Shown: in pieces, positions 52,333-64,000 of the stretch | How the letters are laid out: the number at the start of each line of letters is the position of its first letter | Position numbering within the stretch: the stretch's first letter is position 1 | DNA from: an uncultured Eubacteriales bacterium | GTDB taxonomy: Bacteria > Actinomycetota > Coriobacteriia > Anaerosomatales > JAAXUF01 | DNA length: 64,000 nucleotides | Direction: 5' to 3' | Assembly: GCA_964388455.1 (NCBI GenBank) | Contig: CAYMAN010000005.1 | Location: 2,920-66,919 of the forward strand | Made by a program: the position numbers and the translations under genes | The notes under the pieces: generated by a model | The model's database searches: none | Told to the model about the DNA's origin: nothing | The model's input: only the letters and a program-made list of their open reading frames with translations

Positions 52333-52866
52333 TTGAGTGAAAGCGATACAGCAGTGAACAGAGTACTTCGCACAGCACTCGTATCCGCATCCGTTCTCCT
52401 GTCGGGAACGGTCGCTTTCGCCGTTGCGGCCGCCATCGCCCCTCCCGGTGTCGACGGCGTCGACGTGGTCGTCACCAATCGGCCGGTCCTGTCCTTAGCT
52501 GCAGCCGCGACGCCACGTCCCGCGACCACGACCTTTGCCACAGCCACGCCAGTGGACCGCTCTGAGAAGCGGGCGGGAACGACCATGACTGCCCCGCGGA
52601 GCAAGACCGTCGTCACCGGTGGCGATTCTGGGACTCGGCCCATCGGCGCTGTAGCTCCTACCGTAAAGCCCAGACCGCCGGTCAGCACGGTCGTCGAAAC
52701 CGAATCCGACCGCGAGGTCGTGACTCCGCCGGTTCGAGATGATGACCATGACGAACCGGACGACGACGATGATGATGAGCGCCCGAGCGACTCGTCCCCT
52801 TCAGTCGATACCGAGAACGAGGCGCGAGAGGACATCTCGCGCCCGTCCGGCACCAAGGGGGACTGA
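52333..52866 (+). CDS. Single-TM protein with Pro/Thr-rich and strongly acidic C-terminal regions, unknown function
   Basis: TM ALVSASVLLSGTVAFAVAAAIA; acidic tail DDDHDEPDDDDDDE. TTG start, so the exact start is uncertain. It lies immediately upstream of the response regulator. Confidence 0.4.
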   Translation: MSESDTAVNRVLRTALVSASVLLSGTVAFAVAAAIAPPGVDGVDVVVTNRPVLSLAAAATPRPATTTFATATPVDRSEKRAGTTMTAPRSKTVVTGGDSGTRPIGAVAPTVKPRPPVSTVVETESDREVVTPPVRDDDHDEPDDDDDDERPSDSSPSVDTENEAREDISRPSGTKGD

Positions 52867-52868
52867 CC

Positions 52869-53537
52869 GTGCGTATCCTGGTCGTCGAAGACGAGGACTC
52901 GATCGCCTCGTTCGTGGTGAAAGGTCTCTCGGCGGAGGGACACACGGTCGAGCGCGCCGACACGGCCGCAGAAGGTGCAGCGCTCGGGATGACCTACGAT
53001 TTCGACCTGGTGCTGCTCGACCTCATGCTTCCCGACGGCAGCGGCATGGACGTTCTCAGGCGCATCCGTACCGAGAAGCCCGAACTACCGATCATCGTCG
53101 TCAGCGCGCTGGGTGAGATCGACGATAAGGTCAACCTGCTCGATGCCGGCGCAGACGACTACCTCGTCAAGCCGTTCGCATTCGCCGAGCTGGCCGCACG
53201 CGTGCGAGCAGCCGGAAGACAGGGCGCGGCCTCATCGCACACCTTGTGCGTCGGAGATCTGATGCTGGACACGAGAACTCGGGTTGCCAAGCGCGGCGAC
53301 GACATCGCAGCAGACCTGCCCAGCAGGGAGTTCGCACTGCTCGAGTACCTCATGCGCCATGCCGGCCACATACTCACTCGCCAGCAGCTGCTCGACGCTG
53401 TGTGGGGGATCGGCTTCGATGCCGGCAGTAACGTCGTGGACGTCTACGTCAGCTACCTGCGGCGCAAGCTCGATCGCACGAGCGAGGCCTCGGTGATCGA
53501 GACCGTACGCGGCGCGGGATACCGTGTCCGAGCGTAA
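52869..53537 (+). CDS. OmpR-family response regulator
   Basis: Receiver domain MRILVVEDEDSIA...DLVLLDLMLPDGSG..., plus a winged-helix domain ...REFALLEYLMRHAGHILTRQQLLDAVWG...VRGAGYRV. Confidence 0.9.
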   Translation: MRILVVEDEDSIASFVVKGLSAEGHTVERADTAAEGAALGMTYDFDLVLLDLMLPDGSGMDVLRRIRTEKPELPIIVVSALGEIDDKVNLLDAGADDYLVKPFAFAELAARVRAAGRQGAASSHTLCVGDLMLDTRTRVAKRGDDIAADLPSREFALLEYLMRHAGHILTRQQLLDAVWGIGFDAGSNVVDVYVSYLRRKLDRTSEASVIETVRGAGYRVRA

Positions 53538-54936
53538 GCGGAAGTTCCTCTCGGCAAGCGGACGCGTCGTCGCTGCGATGACCACGCTCTTGGCTGTGGC
53601 CGTGATCGCGTTGTGTGTGCTCGCCTACTTCATCACCCTGCGAAATCTGTCCGCCGACGTCGACCGAGCGCTTGCACGCGAGGCGTCCGCGTACTCCGCC
53701 GCGGTGCGCAGCGCACCCGCAAGTGAGGCTCTGGTCACGGCCACACGCGAGTATCTGCAGGGTCGCGAGACGGCCACGTCCGGCTTCAGCCCGGTGCTGC
53801 TCCTATCGTTGGAGAGCGGACGCGTGATCTCCAACTCCACACTCAAACTCGAGGCTGCGGCGGGCAACCTCGCACTCGTCACCCCTGTCGCCTCGCCCGG
53901 GTACGTCACCGTCACGCTAGGCGACGCCGAGTACCGCACACTCTCCGTACCGGTACTGAGCAGCAGCGGGGTCCGGCTCGGCACGTTTCAGGTCGCACTT
54001 TCCGCCGAGACGCCGCGAACCGTCGCTGCCGGCGTTGCGGCGTCGCTTGGTGCGGCGGGCTTCGTCGTATTGCTGCTGGGGGCGCTCGTCTCGGTCTGGG
54101 CGGCTCGCGGCGCACTGGCACCGCTCACGCAGATGGCGAGCGACGCAACTGCGATCACGCTTGCCAAGCCCGGCAACGGTATCGCGTACAACGGACCCCG
54201 GGACGAGCTGGGCACGCTTGCCGAGGCGCTCAACGCCATGCTGGAGCGGCTCGAGCGCGCCTACGACGATCAGCGGCGTTTCGTTGCCGATGCCAGTCAT
54301 GAGCTGCGCACACCGGTCGCGATCGTACGCGGCAACATCGAACTGCTTCGCAGCGGTCACAGCACCGAGCGGGACGCAGAGGAATCACTCGCCATGATCG
54401 AGGCCGAAGCGATACGCATGAGCAAGCTGCTCGATGAGCTGCTCTCGCTCGCTCGTCTCGAAGGCGCTTCTCGACCGTTTCAGCCTCTCGAAGTGCGCAC
54501 GTTACTCGAAGAAGTCGCCGCACGAGCCCACACGCTCGGCAATCGCGACATCACGCTCGACGGGCCGTGCGGGCTGTGGATCGAAGGCGACCCCGACCTG
54601 CTCGATCAGGCGCTGGTGAACCTCATGCGCAACGCCATCGCGCACACTCGGGACGGCGGCTCGATCGTACTGGCTTGCCGGGCGGTGTCCTCGGCGATCC
54701 GCATCACCATCACAGACGATGGACCAGGTGTCCCCGAGGCCGATCTTGGCCGCATCTTTGATCGCTTCTACCGCGCGCCAGGTAAGCGTCCGGCGCGTGG
54801 CGGCGGAGCGGGGCTCGGACTGGCGATCTCCAAGCGTCTCATCGAGATCCACGGCGGCACGCTCCACGCCGAGAACGCGCAGCCCACCGGCGCACGCTTC
54901 ATCATCGAGCTTCCCGTGATCGACGAGCCGACGTAG
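53524..54936 (+). CDS. Sensor histidine kinase (two TM, HAMP, HisKA, HATPase_c)
   Basis: H-box FVADASHELRTP, N-box LMRNAIAHT, G-boxes DDGPGV and GGAGLGLAI. Confidence 0.9.
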   Translation: MSERKRKFLSASGRVVAAMTTLLAVAVIALCVLAYFITLRNLSADVDRALAREASAYSAAVRSAPASEALVTATREYLQGRETATSGFSPVLLLSLESGRVISNSTLKLEAAAGNLALVTPVASPGYVTVTLGDAEYRTLSVPVLSSSGVRLGTFQVALSAETPRTVAAGVAASLGAAGFVVLLLGALVSVWAARGALAPLTQMASDATAITLAKPGNGIAYNGPRDELGTLAEALNAMLERLERAYDDQRRFVADASHELRTPVAIVRGNIELLRSGHSTERDAEESLAMIEAEAIRMSKLLDELLSLARLEGASRPFQPLEVRTLLEEVAARAHTLGNRDITLDGPCGLWIEGDPDLLDQALVNLMRNAIAHTRDGGSIVLACRAVSSAIRITITDDGPGVPEADLGRIFDRFYRAPGKRPARGGGAGLGLAISKRLIEIHGGTLHAENAQPTGARFIIELPVIDEPT

Positions 54937-54949
54937 AGCGCATCGACCA

Positions 54950-56860
<1,911 letters not shown>

Positions 56861-56867
56861 CCTGGCG

Positions 56868-58268
56868 CTACGCTCCCAGAATCTCGCCGAGACGCGCGAC
56901 GACCGTGTCCGACTCGTCGGCACACAGCAGCGTGCGGGGGTCGATGAGGAGACGACCGTCCTTCACGCGCGCGATGATCGCCGGCTCCGCGCCGAGGCGC
57001 AGTCGCGACTCGAGATCTCCGACGCTCAGCGCGGCGGGTGCAACCGTCACGACGACGGTCGGGATCTCGGCCAGCGGCAGCGATCCGCCGCCGGCGCGCG
57101 CGATGTCGTCTACGCACTCGACCGTCGCCGCGCTTCCCACCGTCTCGCGAATGCGTGCGGCGAGCGCCTCGGCACGTACACGGACGTCGGCCTGAGGCTC
57201 GGTCAGCATTCGCAGCGTGGGGATGTCTTTGAGCGCGCGCTCCTCGTCGAGGTATGCACGCAACGTGGCCTCAAGCGCGGCGAGCGTCATCTTATCGAGC
57301 CGCACCGCACGCGCCATGGGGTGCTTCTTGAGCCTGGCGATGATCTCCCACCGGCCAACCAGGATGCCTGCCTGCGGTCCGCCCAGCAGCTTGTCGCCCG
57401 ACGCCGATACCAGGTCCGCCCCGGCCGCGATCGACGCGCCCACCGTAGGCTCATCGGGCAGGCCGTACTTCGCGAGGTCCACGAGCACACCCGAGCCCTG
57501 GTCCTCGAACACCGGCACACCCTGCGATGCGCCAAGCTTCACGAGGTCGGCAAGCGAGACCTCCTCGGTGAATCCGACCACGCGGTAGTTGCTCGAGTGA
57601 ACCTTGAGCAGCAGCCCCGTGTTCGCCGTCATCGCGCGTTCATAGTCCGAGAGGTGCGTCTTGTTGGTGGCGCCGATCTCGACCATCGTCGCGCCGGACT
57701 CGCGCATGATGTCCGGGATGCGGAAGCTCCCGCCGATCTCGACGAGCTGACCGCGCGACACGATCGCTTCCTTGCCGCGCGACAATGCCGCGATGCCGAG
57801 CATGACGGCTGCGGCGTTGTTGTTGACGGCCATCGCCGCCTCGGCGCCGGTGAGTCGACACAGCAGCGACTCCACATGCGCATGACGGCTGCCGCGCTCA
57901 CCGCTGTCGACGTCGTACTCCAGCGTCGAGTAGCTGGCGGCTACCTCCTGAACGGCGGCCGCGGCCTTCTCGGAGAGCACGCTGCGGCCGAGGTTGGTGT
58001 GCACGATGATGCCGGTGGCGTTGATGACCCGGCGCAGTGACGGCCGAGCAGCGAGTGCCGCGCGCGTCACGGCCTCGAGGGCGACGCTCGAAGCAGCGGG
58101 CTCGAACACCTCGCCGGCGAGCAGCCGTGCTCTGGCATCCTCGATCGCGCCGCGCACCGCGTCGAGAACGATCGCTCGTGGGTATACCGCCAGCGCGTCG
58201 GACAGCTCGGGCGTCGCAAGGACGTCGTCGGTCTTGGGAAGCGTTCGGAGTAGCGCATTAGTATCCAT
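56868..58268 (-). CDS. selA: L-seryl-tRNA(Sec) selenium transferase SelA
   Basis: LLRTLPKTDDVL N-terminus, INATGIIVHTNLGRS, and PLP-Lys context SGDKLLGGPQAG. The start is ATG 58268; ATG 58316 and the track start 58343 are alternatives. Confidence 0.85.
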   Translation of the reverse strand: MDTNALLRTLPKTDDVLATPELSDALAVYPRAIVLDAVRGAIEDARARLLAGEVFEPAASSVALEAVTRAALAARPSLRRVINATGIIVHTNLGRSVLSEKAAAAVQEVAASYSTLEYDVDSGERGSRHAHVESLLCRLTGAEAAMAVNNNAAAVMLGIAALSRGKEAIVSRGQLVEIGGSFRIPDIMRESGATMVEIGATNKTHLSDYERAMTANTGLLLKVHSSNYRVVGFTEEVSLADLVKLGASQGVPVFEDQGSGVLVDLAKYGLPDEPTVGASIAAGADLVSASGDKLLGGPQAGILVGRWEIIARLKKHPMARAVRLDKMTLAALEATLRAYLDEERALKDIPTLRMLTEPQADVRVRAEALAARIRETVGSAATVECVDDIARAGGGSLPLAEIPTVVVTVAPAALSVGDLESRLRLGAEPAIIARVKDGRLLIDPRTLLCADESDTVVARLGEILGA

Positions 58269-58342
58269 AGCTGGGATTCTACCCGACCCGTGCGCCGCGT
58301 GATGCAGCGACGGCATTTCCGTCGTGTATGACTCGTTAGCCA

Positions 58343-58678
58343 TCAGCCGACGGTCAGCACGTCATCTGCCATAAGCGCTGCCACTGCATCCGCCATGATT
58401 CCGACCTCACCGATCGCCAACCGATCCTTCAGGCCCAGGTAGTCGAGGCAGGTGCCGCACGCCTTGATCGGCACACCCTTCTCAGCGAGCAGTGTCAGAT
58501 CGTCGAGCGAGGTCGATCCTTCGCATGCGAGGAGCACGCCGGCGTTCATCAGCGTCACGGCGACCGGTGTCTCGGCGTTCCGTGCGAGCGTGTAGAGGAA
58601 GTTCCTCATGAGAACCGTACCAAGCTCATCGTCGCCATGCCCGATGCGATCGGAGGTGATGAAGACTCGTTTGGACAT
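58343..58678 (-). CDS. DsrE-like selenium-metabolism protein (C-terminal-half YedF-like)
   Basis: MSKRVFITSDRIGHGDDELGTVLMRNFLYTL...MNAGVLL...LAEKGVPIKACGTCLDYLGL. ATG 58678 with SD GAGGAG. It lies between selD and selA. Confidence 0.7.
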   Translation of the reverse strand: MSKRVFITSDRIGHGDDELGTVLMRNFLYTLARNAETPVAVTLMNAGVLLACEGSTSLDDLTLLAEKGVPIKACGTCLDYLGLKDRLAIGEVGIMADAVAALMADDVLTVG

Positions 58679-58811
58679 GAGCGCTCCTCTGCAGGATTCA
58701 GCGTCGCCGATAAGGGCGAACATATACGAGAGTTCCGTTGTGATTATAGCGCGCCGAGACCGCACATGCGCGACAGCCGCCTCGCAGGCGGCGACTCAGC
58801 CGGCTTGGGCG

Positions 58812-59852
58812 CTAGCGGACGACGATGCGCCCGGGAGTGTCAGCGATGCAGCGACCTATGCGCGCACCCAGCACTCCACGCGCGGCGAGTTCCGCCGCCA
58901 GGCGATCAGCGTCCTCAGTGGGTACCGCGATCATGAGGCCGCCGCTGGTCTGCGGGTCGCAGAGGATCCGCATCCACGTGCCCGGCTCGGACGCTCCTGC
59001 CCACAGCACGAACTCGTCGGCCCACGCGACCACGTCGGCTGTTCGCCCCGGAACGACTCCTTGCTCGGCGAAGTCAGCGACGCGGTCGAAGAGTGGCACG
59101 GCGGCAACGTTCAGCTCGGCGCCACATCCGCTCGCTTCGACCATCTCGTGTAGGTGACCGAGAAGCCCGAATCCGGTGACGTCTGTGCACGCGCTGACGC
59201 CGACCTCCACCATCGCCTCGCACGCGAGACGGTTCAGGGCCGCCATAGCCTCGATGCAGTCGCGCGCGGTCTCCTCGTTCTCCAGACCCTGCTTCAACGC
59301 GGTCCCGATGATGCCGGTTCCGATCGGCTTGGTAAGGAATATCTCGTCGCCCGCCCGCGCGCCGCGGTTGCGAACGACCCTGTCGGGATGAACGGTACCG
59401 AACACGGAAAGCCCGAACTTGGGCTCCTTATCGTCGATGGTATGACCGCCAACAGTGACCGCGCCGGCCTCGGTGACCTTTTCGGCGCCTCCGCGGACGA
59501 CTTCGCCCACGATGTCGGCGCCCATTGAGCACGGGAACGCGAGCAGGTTCATCGCCGTCAGCGGACGGCCGCCCATCGCATAGATGTCGGAGAGCGAGTT
59601 CGCCGCGGCTATCCGCCCGAAGTCGTACGGGTCATCCACGATGGGCGTGAAGAAGTCCACGGTCAGCAACGCCGCCATGTCATCTGACAGTCGATAGACC
59701 GCGGCGTCATCGCTCGTCTCGAAGCCGAGGATGAGCGCGTCGGACTGACCGGGAGCGATCTTGTCGAGCACTGCCTGGAGGTCCGCCGGACCCCACTTCG
59801 CCGCTCAACCAGCTTTGCTTGAGAGTTGCGTAAGTCGCACGCGCTCAGTCAT
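58812..59852 (-). CDS. selD: Selenide, water dikinase SelD, itself a selenoprotein (in-frame TGA at 59805-59807)
   Basis: The track ORF starts at 59771. Upstream in the same frame: ATG 59852 (SD GGGAGGTG), then MTERVRLTQLSSKAG-U-AAKWGPADLQAVLDKI..., which matches the SelD N-terminal LTQxSxxxG(C/U)xxK motif. A candidate hairpin lies at 59778-59794. Confidence 0.85.
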
Positions 59853-59924
59853 GTCCGATCACCTCCCGTTGAGAGCCAGAATTGGTTGCCGTTATCGCGC
59901 GACGTCGCACATCCGCGCAGACTA

Positions 59925-61295
59925 TCACGCAAGCGCGTACTGCCGAGCAGGCAGGTCGTCGTCGTCGGGGAACGGCTCGCTTGGCATCGCCATCAGGAAT
60001 CCCTGGCCGTACTTCACACCCAATGCCCGCAGCGCGTCCAGCTCTTCGACGGTCTCGATACCCTCGGCGATCAGCTTTGCCCCTACTCGCTCCGCCAGCG
60101 TCACCAGAGACTCGATCAGCGTCGCACGGATGTCATCGCTGTCGACGCCGCGAACCAGGGAGAGGTCGACCTTGAGCCACTCGGGGCGCACCTCTGAGAT
60201 GCACTGCAAAGAGCCGTAGCCGGCGCCCGCGTCATCGACCGCCACTGAGAAGCCCAGCGCACGCACGTACTCGAGCGTGGCGCGGAAGGAACAGAAATCG
60301 GTGATGGCAGCGCGCTCGGTGATCTCGAGCACCACACGGTTCGCAGGAAGCGAAGCCTCCTCAAGCAGCGAAGCGGTCACGATATCGCGTAGCTGTGGGT
60401 CTGCAATCGCCTCGGGCTCGATGTTGACGAAGAGCAGTCGCTCACCCTTCATGCCCGCCGCCGCCTGCAGCGCACGCTTGCGACAGATCCGCTCGAGACG
60501 CAAAACGAGATCGGAGTCGTAGGCTACCGCGAAGAGCTTGTCGGGCCGTTCGAACTCACTGCCTTCCGGACCGCGTGAAAGCGCCTCGTACCCGATGACC
60601 TCCATGGTCTCGAGCTGAAAGACCGGGTGCACCAGCGTGCGAACATCCTCACGCGTGATGATGTCGCGCAAACGCGCGATGCGCTCGGTGCCATCTTCAG
60701 CCTCGCGCGCGTAGGAGTCGGCCAACGCGCGTTCGAGGCCGTCGTATACGAGGCGCTCGACGCGCACCGACTCGTCCTGACAGACGGTCGCAGAACCGAC
60801 GTAGCAGCCGAACTTCTTGTACAGCGACGGCTCCATCCGCTCCTCGATCTTTGCGCGAAGCACCCCCTCGACGCGACGAGCGAGCTCGAGTCGAGAGTGT
60901 TGTTCGAGGCATGCCATCGTCCTGGGCGGTGAAAGAACGATCACAAAGGCGTTGCCGGATATCATAAGCTCGGCGATCACATCCGCGTCACGGAGTACCT
61001 CACCGGCGATCTCGTCGAGCACGACCGCGACCTCGCACATGACCCGGTCGAACGCCTTCCAACCAAAGATTTCTTCGATCCGCGAGTAGCGCGCAACGTT
61101 CACGCACAGCAGGGATACTTCGCCCCGCTCCTCGAGGAGCGCCGATATCCGAGGAAAGACAAGAGGAGTCGTCGGCAGACCGGTCACAGCGTCGAACAGC
61201 ATGCGCCGGACCTCGGGATTCACGTCGAGCGTCTTGTGCAGGTCGAGCCAGGACTCGAGTAGGAGCTTGGTGTTATCGAGCCGACCGTCCTCCAT
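59925..61295 (-). CDS. Degenerate GGDEF plus EAL domain protein (c-di-GMP phosphodiesterase-like)
   Basis: EAL motifs YEALSR, EITE, DDAGAGY, KVD, AEGIE and GQG. In the N-terminal GGDEF-like domain ISGNAF replaces GG(D/E)EF. Confidence 0.75.
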   Translation of the reverse strand: MEDGRLDNTKLLLESWLDLHKTLDVNPEVRRMLFDAVTGLPTTPLVFPRISALLEERGEVSLLCVNVARYSRIEEIFGWKAFDRVMCEVAVVLDEIAGEVLRDADVIAELMISGNAFVIVLSPPRTMACLEQHSRLELARRVEGVLRAKIEERMEPSLYKKFGCYVGSATVCQDESVRVERLVYDGLERALADSYAREAEDGTERIARLRDIITREDVRTLVHPVFQLETMEVIGYEALSRGPEGSEFERPDKLFAVAYDSDLVLRLERICRKRALQAAAGMKGERLLFVNIEPEAIADPQLRDIVTASLLEEASLPANRVVLEITERAAITDFCSFRATLEYVRALGFSVAVDDAGAGYGSLQCISEVRPEWLKVDLSLVRGVDSDDIRATLIESLVTLAERVGAKLIAEGIETVEELDALRALGVKYGQGFLMAMPSEPFPDDDDLPARQYALA

Positions 61296-61364
61296 GTAGC
61301 ACTCTCCCCATGTGGTCCGTCAATGCCGGCCCGTCGGCCGGAGCGTCACTAGTTTAGTATCGGC

Positions 61365-63407
61365 TTACGCGTACGCGAGCCTGAGCGCAACCGCGCCGTT
61401 CGCCTCGATCGGCACCCCGAACGCCGTCCCGCCCACGGCGACCGGTGCCCCGCCCCGAACGTCTGTCACCGATGAGACGCGTCTGTCGGTCGTCAGGTTC
61501 GCCGAGACCTTCTCGGGCGAGTGGTTCAGAAGCACCACGAGATCGTCGGCCTCGCCCTGCAGCAACGTGACCTCGACTTCCGGAACGTCGCACGCCACCG
61601 GCGCGCCACATCCGGCAGCTCGCGCCACGGCGCCATACACCTCGCGCAGCATCTTGCGAATGGGTGCTGGAGTCGCCCACGGATCACCCTGGGCGATCGA
61701 ACGCTCCACGGGCGCTGCGAGGTACACGGCTCGACCCTGACCGACCTGGTTGACGGTCAGCAGCGGACTGCCCTTCGCGTCGGTCGCGACGATGGTGGCG
61801 GTTCCGCCGGAGAGCAGCGCGTAGTTGGGGACGTCAAGGTTCACGTCGAACCCGTCGAGCGTGCCGAGGACGTCTTGCTGCGCCACACGACACGACAGCG
61901 TCGAGCGCGGACCCGCATCGCCCAGAAACTCGATGCCGAATATCTCGCGAATCGCCGGGTTCGCGTCGCCGCCCCCGTACGACAACAGCAGCGAGCCACC
62001 CGCCTGCACGAAACTGGCGAGCCGCTCCCAGGTCTTCTCGGCGAGTTCAAACGCGCTGGGAACGAGCAACACGGAGTACGCCGAGAAGTCGTCGGTCTCG
62101 AAGGCGACGGTCACCGGCAGATGGGCCTCTTTTGCGCCGATAAAGGACGCGAGGCACGAACGCGGGTCGAAGAGGCCCGCGAGATTCGGCAGAGGCAGGT
62201 ATCGCTCAGAGGGCATGATGACCGCGGTGCGCTCAGGCGTGGGCTCGAAGTGCCGCAGATCGATACGGGCCGCGGTCTTCACGAATGTGCGCATCTCGCC
62301 GAGAGCCGGCTTGGCCTTGCCGGCACCGTCGGTCACGCCGACGAGCGTCTCGAACGGATCGAGGAAATACGGCTCGCGCCGCTCGGTTTCCAGATCGCGG
62401 TACCGGCGAACGAGCGCGCCGGCCGCGCGGTTCACGAGTCCCGACCACAGCGCGAGTCGCAGCGCGGCAGCCTCCTCGCCGGGCGAGTTGTCGAGGCTGA
62501 GCACGCCGATCTCGTCGAGCAACACCGGCTTGCCTCGGCCGGCGGTGCGAAGAAGAAACGCGTCGAGGTACGTCGACGGACCGCTGGTGATGGGCCCCTC
62601 GGCGGCATACGCGCGGTAGGCGGCGGTGACGTGGCTGACCCCGAACTCGCAGGTGTCGACCGCCCCGCGCGCGTCGACTCCGGTCGCGCGGAAGAGCGCC
62701 TCCGGATCGATGCCCAGGGTGATCGGCCGCTCCTCGTCGAGTTCCCGGATCGCCTCGCGCAACTGGCGCGTCCACGCCTCGAGCGCCGAGGAGGTCTCGA
62801 AACCGCTGCAGAACGCCTCGTTGGCGAGCTGCCAGGCGAACACTCCCGCGTCAGAGCGGAAGCGCGCGACCAGTTTCTGGACCAGAGCGACTTCACGCTG
62901 CACGAGGTAGTTGTCGGTACGCGGATCGCGCTTCTTGCCCCACGGGACCTCGGTGAGCTCGGCGTGGCGATCGTCAGCGAAGAAACAGAGGATGACCTGC
63001 AGCTTGCGCTCCCGCGCAGCGGCGATCAGGTCCTCGAGTCTGTCGATGGCGCGCTCGTCGTACTGCCCTACCTGGGGCTCGAGCACCTTCCACGATACGA
63101 GCAACCTCACCAGCGCGAAGCGAGCCTCTCCGAGAGCGTCGAGATCCTCGGACTGGTCGCGCACGTACCAGTCGTTCCAGCTCTCCGTCTCGGTGTCGAG
63201 CGGGTAGATCGTGGCGCCCACCGGAAACAGCGGGTTGCGACGCGGTGGCTTGGGAGCCGGCGTCGCGGCAGACGCGGATTGCGAGGCCTTGGTCGACCCG
63301 GCCACTCCGGCCGGTGCCTCCTTGCGCGGTGCGGTCGCCGCTGCGGTGTTCTCGGCAGGTGCGATGCGCTGTCTGGGCTGGCGGGGTCCGCCTTTGCGTG
63401 TGGCCAC
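61365..63407 (-). CDS. Glycoside hydrolase-like protein (TIM-barrel GH5/GH42-like plus GH42-type trimerisation-like domain) with basic disordered N-terminus
   Basis: LVRLLVSWKVLEP..., a WQLANE (NE acid/base-like) motif, and a central ...YSVLLVPSAFELAEKTWERLASFVQAGGSLLLSYG region. GTG start. Confidence 0.5.
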   Translation of the reverse strand: MATRKGGPRQPRQRIAPAENTAAATAPRKEAPAGVAGSTKASQSASAATPAPKPPRRNPLFPVGATIYPLDTETESWNDWYVRDQSEDLDALGEARFALVRLLVSWKVLEPQVGQYDERAIDRLEDLIAAARERKLQVILCFFADDRHAELTEVPWGKKRDPRTDNYLVQREVALVQKLVARFRSDAGVFAWQLANEAFCSGFETSSALEAWTRQLREAIRELDEERPITLGIDPEALFRATGVDARGAVDTCEFGVSHVTAAYRAYAAEGPITSGPSTYLDAFLLRTAGRGKPVLLDEIGVLSLDNSPGEEAAALRLALWSGLVNRAAGALVRRYRDLETERREPYFLDPFETLVGVTDGAGKAKPALGEMRTFVKTAARIDLRHFEPTPERTAVIMPSERYLPLPNLAGLFDPRSCLASFIGAKEAHLPVTVAFETDDFSAYSVLLVPSAFELAEKTWERLASFVQAGGSLLLSYGGGDANPAIREIFGIEFLGDAGPRSTLSCRVAQQDVLGTLDGFDVNLDVPNYALLSGGTATIVATDAKGSPLLTVNQVGQGRAVYLAAPVERSIAQGDPWATPAPIRKMLREVYGAVARAAGCGAPVACDVPEVEVTLLQGEADDLVVLLNHSPEKVSANLTTDRRVSSVTDVRGGAPVAVGGTAFGVPIEANGAVALRLAYA

Positions 63408-63410
63408 CGG

Positions 63411-64000
63411 TTACGACCTTCCGCCGGCGTAGGTGTCGTAGAGCCGCCAGAAGAGTCCCTGGCGACGCGTGTCGTGGTAGGCGGCGCGGCGGACCTCCCA
63501 ATGTGCGCGGGAGTGCTCGCCCTCCGTCAGCAGTACGGCCGCGAGTCCGAAGCGGGCGCGAACGCACGCGGGATCGAGCTCAACCGCGCGCAGATACGAC
63601 GCCTTGGCCTGTCCATAACGCTGCAGCCCGAGAAGCGACTCCGCGAGAAGAACGTGCGGCATCGCGTCGTCAGGAACCGCCTTGGCGAGCGCACCGAAGA
63701 CGCGGGCGGCGTTGCGGTTGAGCCCCGGTCGCTTGGCGAATGACGCACCCAGAACGTAGACCGCGGTGGGTGTACGGGTCGAGACCGCCATGGCGCGTAG
63801 GGCAACGGCCATCGCCTCGTTGACCGCCTCCTGCTTGAGGTAGAGGTAGCCGGCGAGTGCAAGCGCCTCGGCGTCGTCGGGGTCCTCGTCGAGAATCAGT
63901 CTGATCAGATCGACCGCCGAGAAGAAATCCTCCTCGAAGGCCAGCTCGAGCGCCGCCTTGAGCCGCGCATCGCGATCCGGTGCGACATCGATGGGGTCCG
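63411..64000 (-). CDS. TPR-repeat protein, 5' end outside the window
   Basis: The frame stays open upstream of the track Met (63812) to the window edge (...LILDEDPDDAEALALAGYLYLKQEAVNEAMAV...). TPR-like helix pairs are present. Confidence 0.6.
   Translation of the reverse strand, partial: DPIDVAPDRDARLKAALELAFEEDFFSAVDLIRLILDEDPDDAEALALAGYLYLKQEAVNEAMAVALRAMAVSTRTPTAVYVLGASFAKRPGLNRNAARVFGALAKAVPDDAMPHVLLAESLLGLQRYGQAKASYLRAVELDPACVRARFGLAAVLLTEGEHSRAHWEVRRAAYHDTRRQGLFWRLYDTYAGGRS

Noticed and set aside
61521-63743. 740-aa plus-strand ORF
   Set aside because: It is antisense to the glycoside-hydrolase-like and TPR genes. The composition is Arg/Gly/Glu-rich and low-complexity, there is no start context, and I recognise no domains.

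Overview
High-GC (~65%) window, probably from an anaerobic monoderm of the Actinomycetota type; the lineage is inference only. No homology search was possible, so all family calls rest on motifs I recognise. Positions 1-34733 form one co-oriented minus-strand respiratory island. It contains a Tat-exported [NiFe] hydrogenase and a Tat-exported molybdo/tungstopterin oxidoreductase of the formate dehydrogenase type. That oxidoreductase is a selenoprotein: the ORF track splits it at an in-frame TGA, and a SECIS-like hairpin follows. It also carries a ~290-aa Asp-box beta-propeller-like insertion. The island further holds a cytochrome b gene followed by 7-, 13- and 20-heme c-type cytochromes and a hexaheme cytochrome. 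Two paralogous gene pairs (membrane-anchored TPR protein plus TM/NHL-propeller/TM/PIN-like protein) close the two cytochrome operons. A ~10.7 kb tupABC/Moco-biosynthesis/S-Se-mobilisation operon completes the island. Regulatory layer: the palindrome TGTAAC-N4-GTTACA lies just downstream of sigma70-like promoters of the hydrogenase, FDH-like and cytochrome operons. Two Moco/Tuco-riboswitch-like leaders and a leader terminator before the hydrogenase are also present. The rest of the window encodes a complete Sec machinery: selC tRNA (found by eye), selD (itself with an in-frame TGA), a yedF-like gene, selA and selB. Other genes include a Fur-family/ECF Ni-Co transporter cluster, a flavodiiron protein, fetAB, a large cell-wall-anchored surface protein, and a NapC/NrfH-like cytochrome fused to tandem di-heme repeats next to a two-component system. 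I saw no mobile elements or CRISPR arrays.
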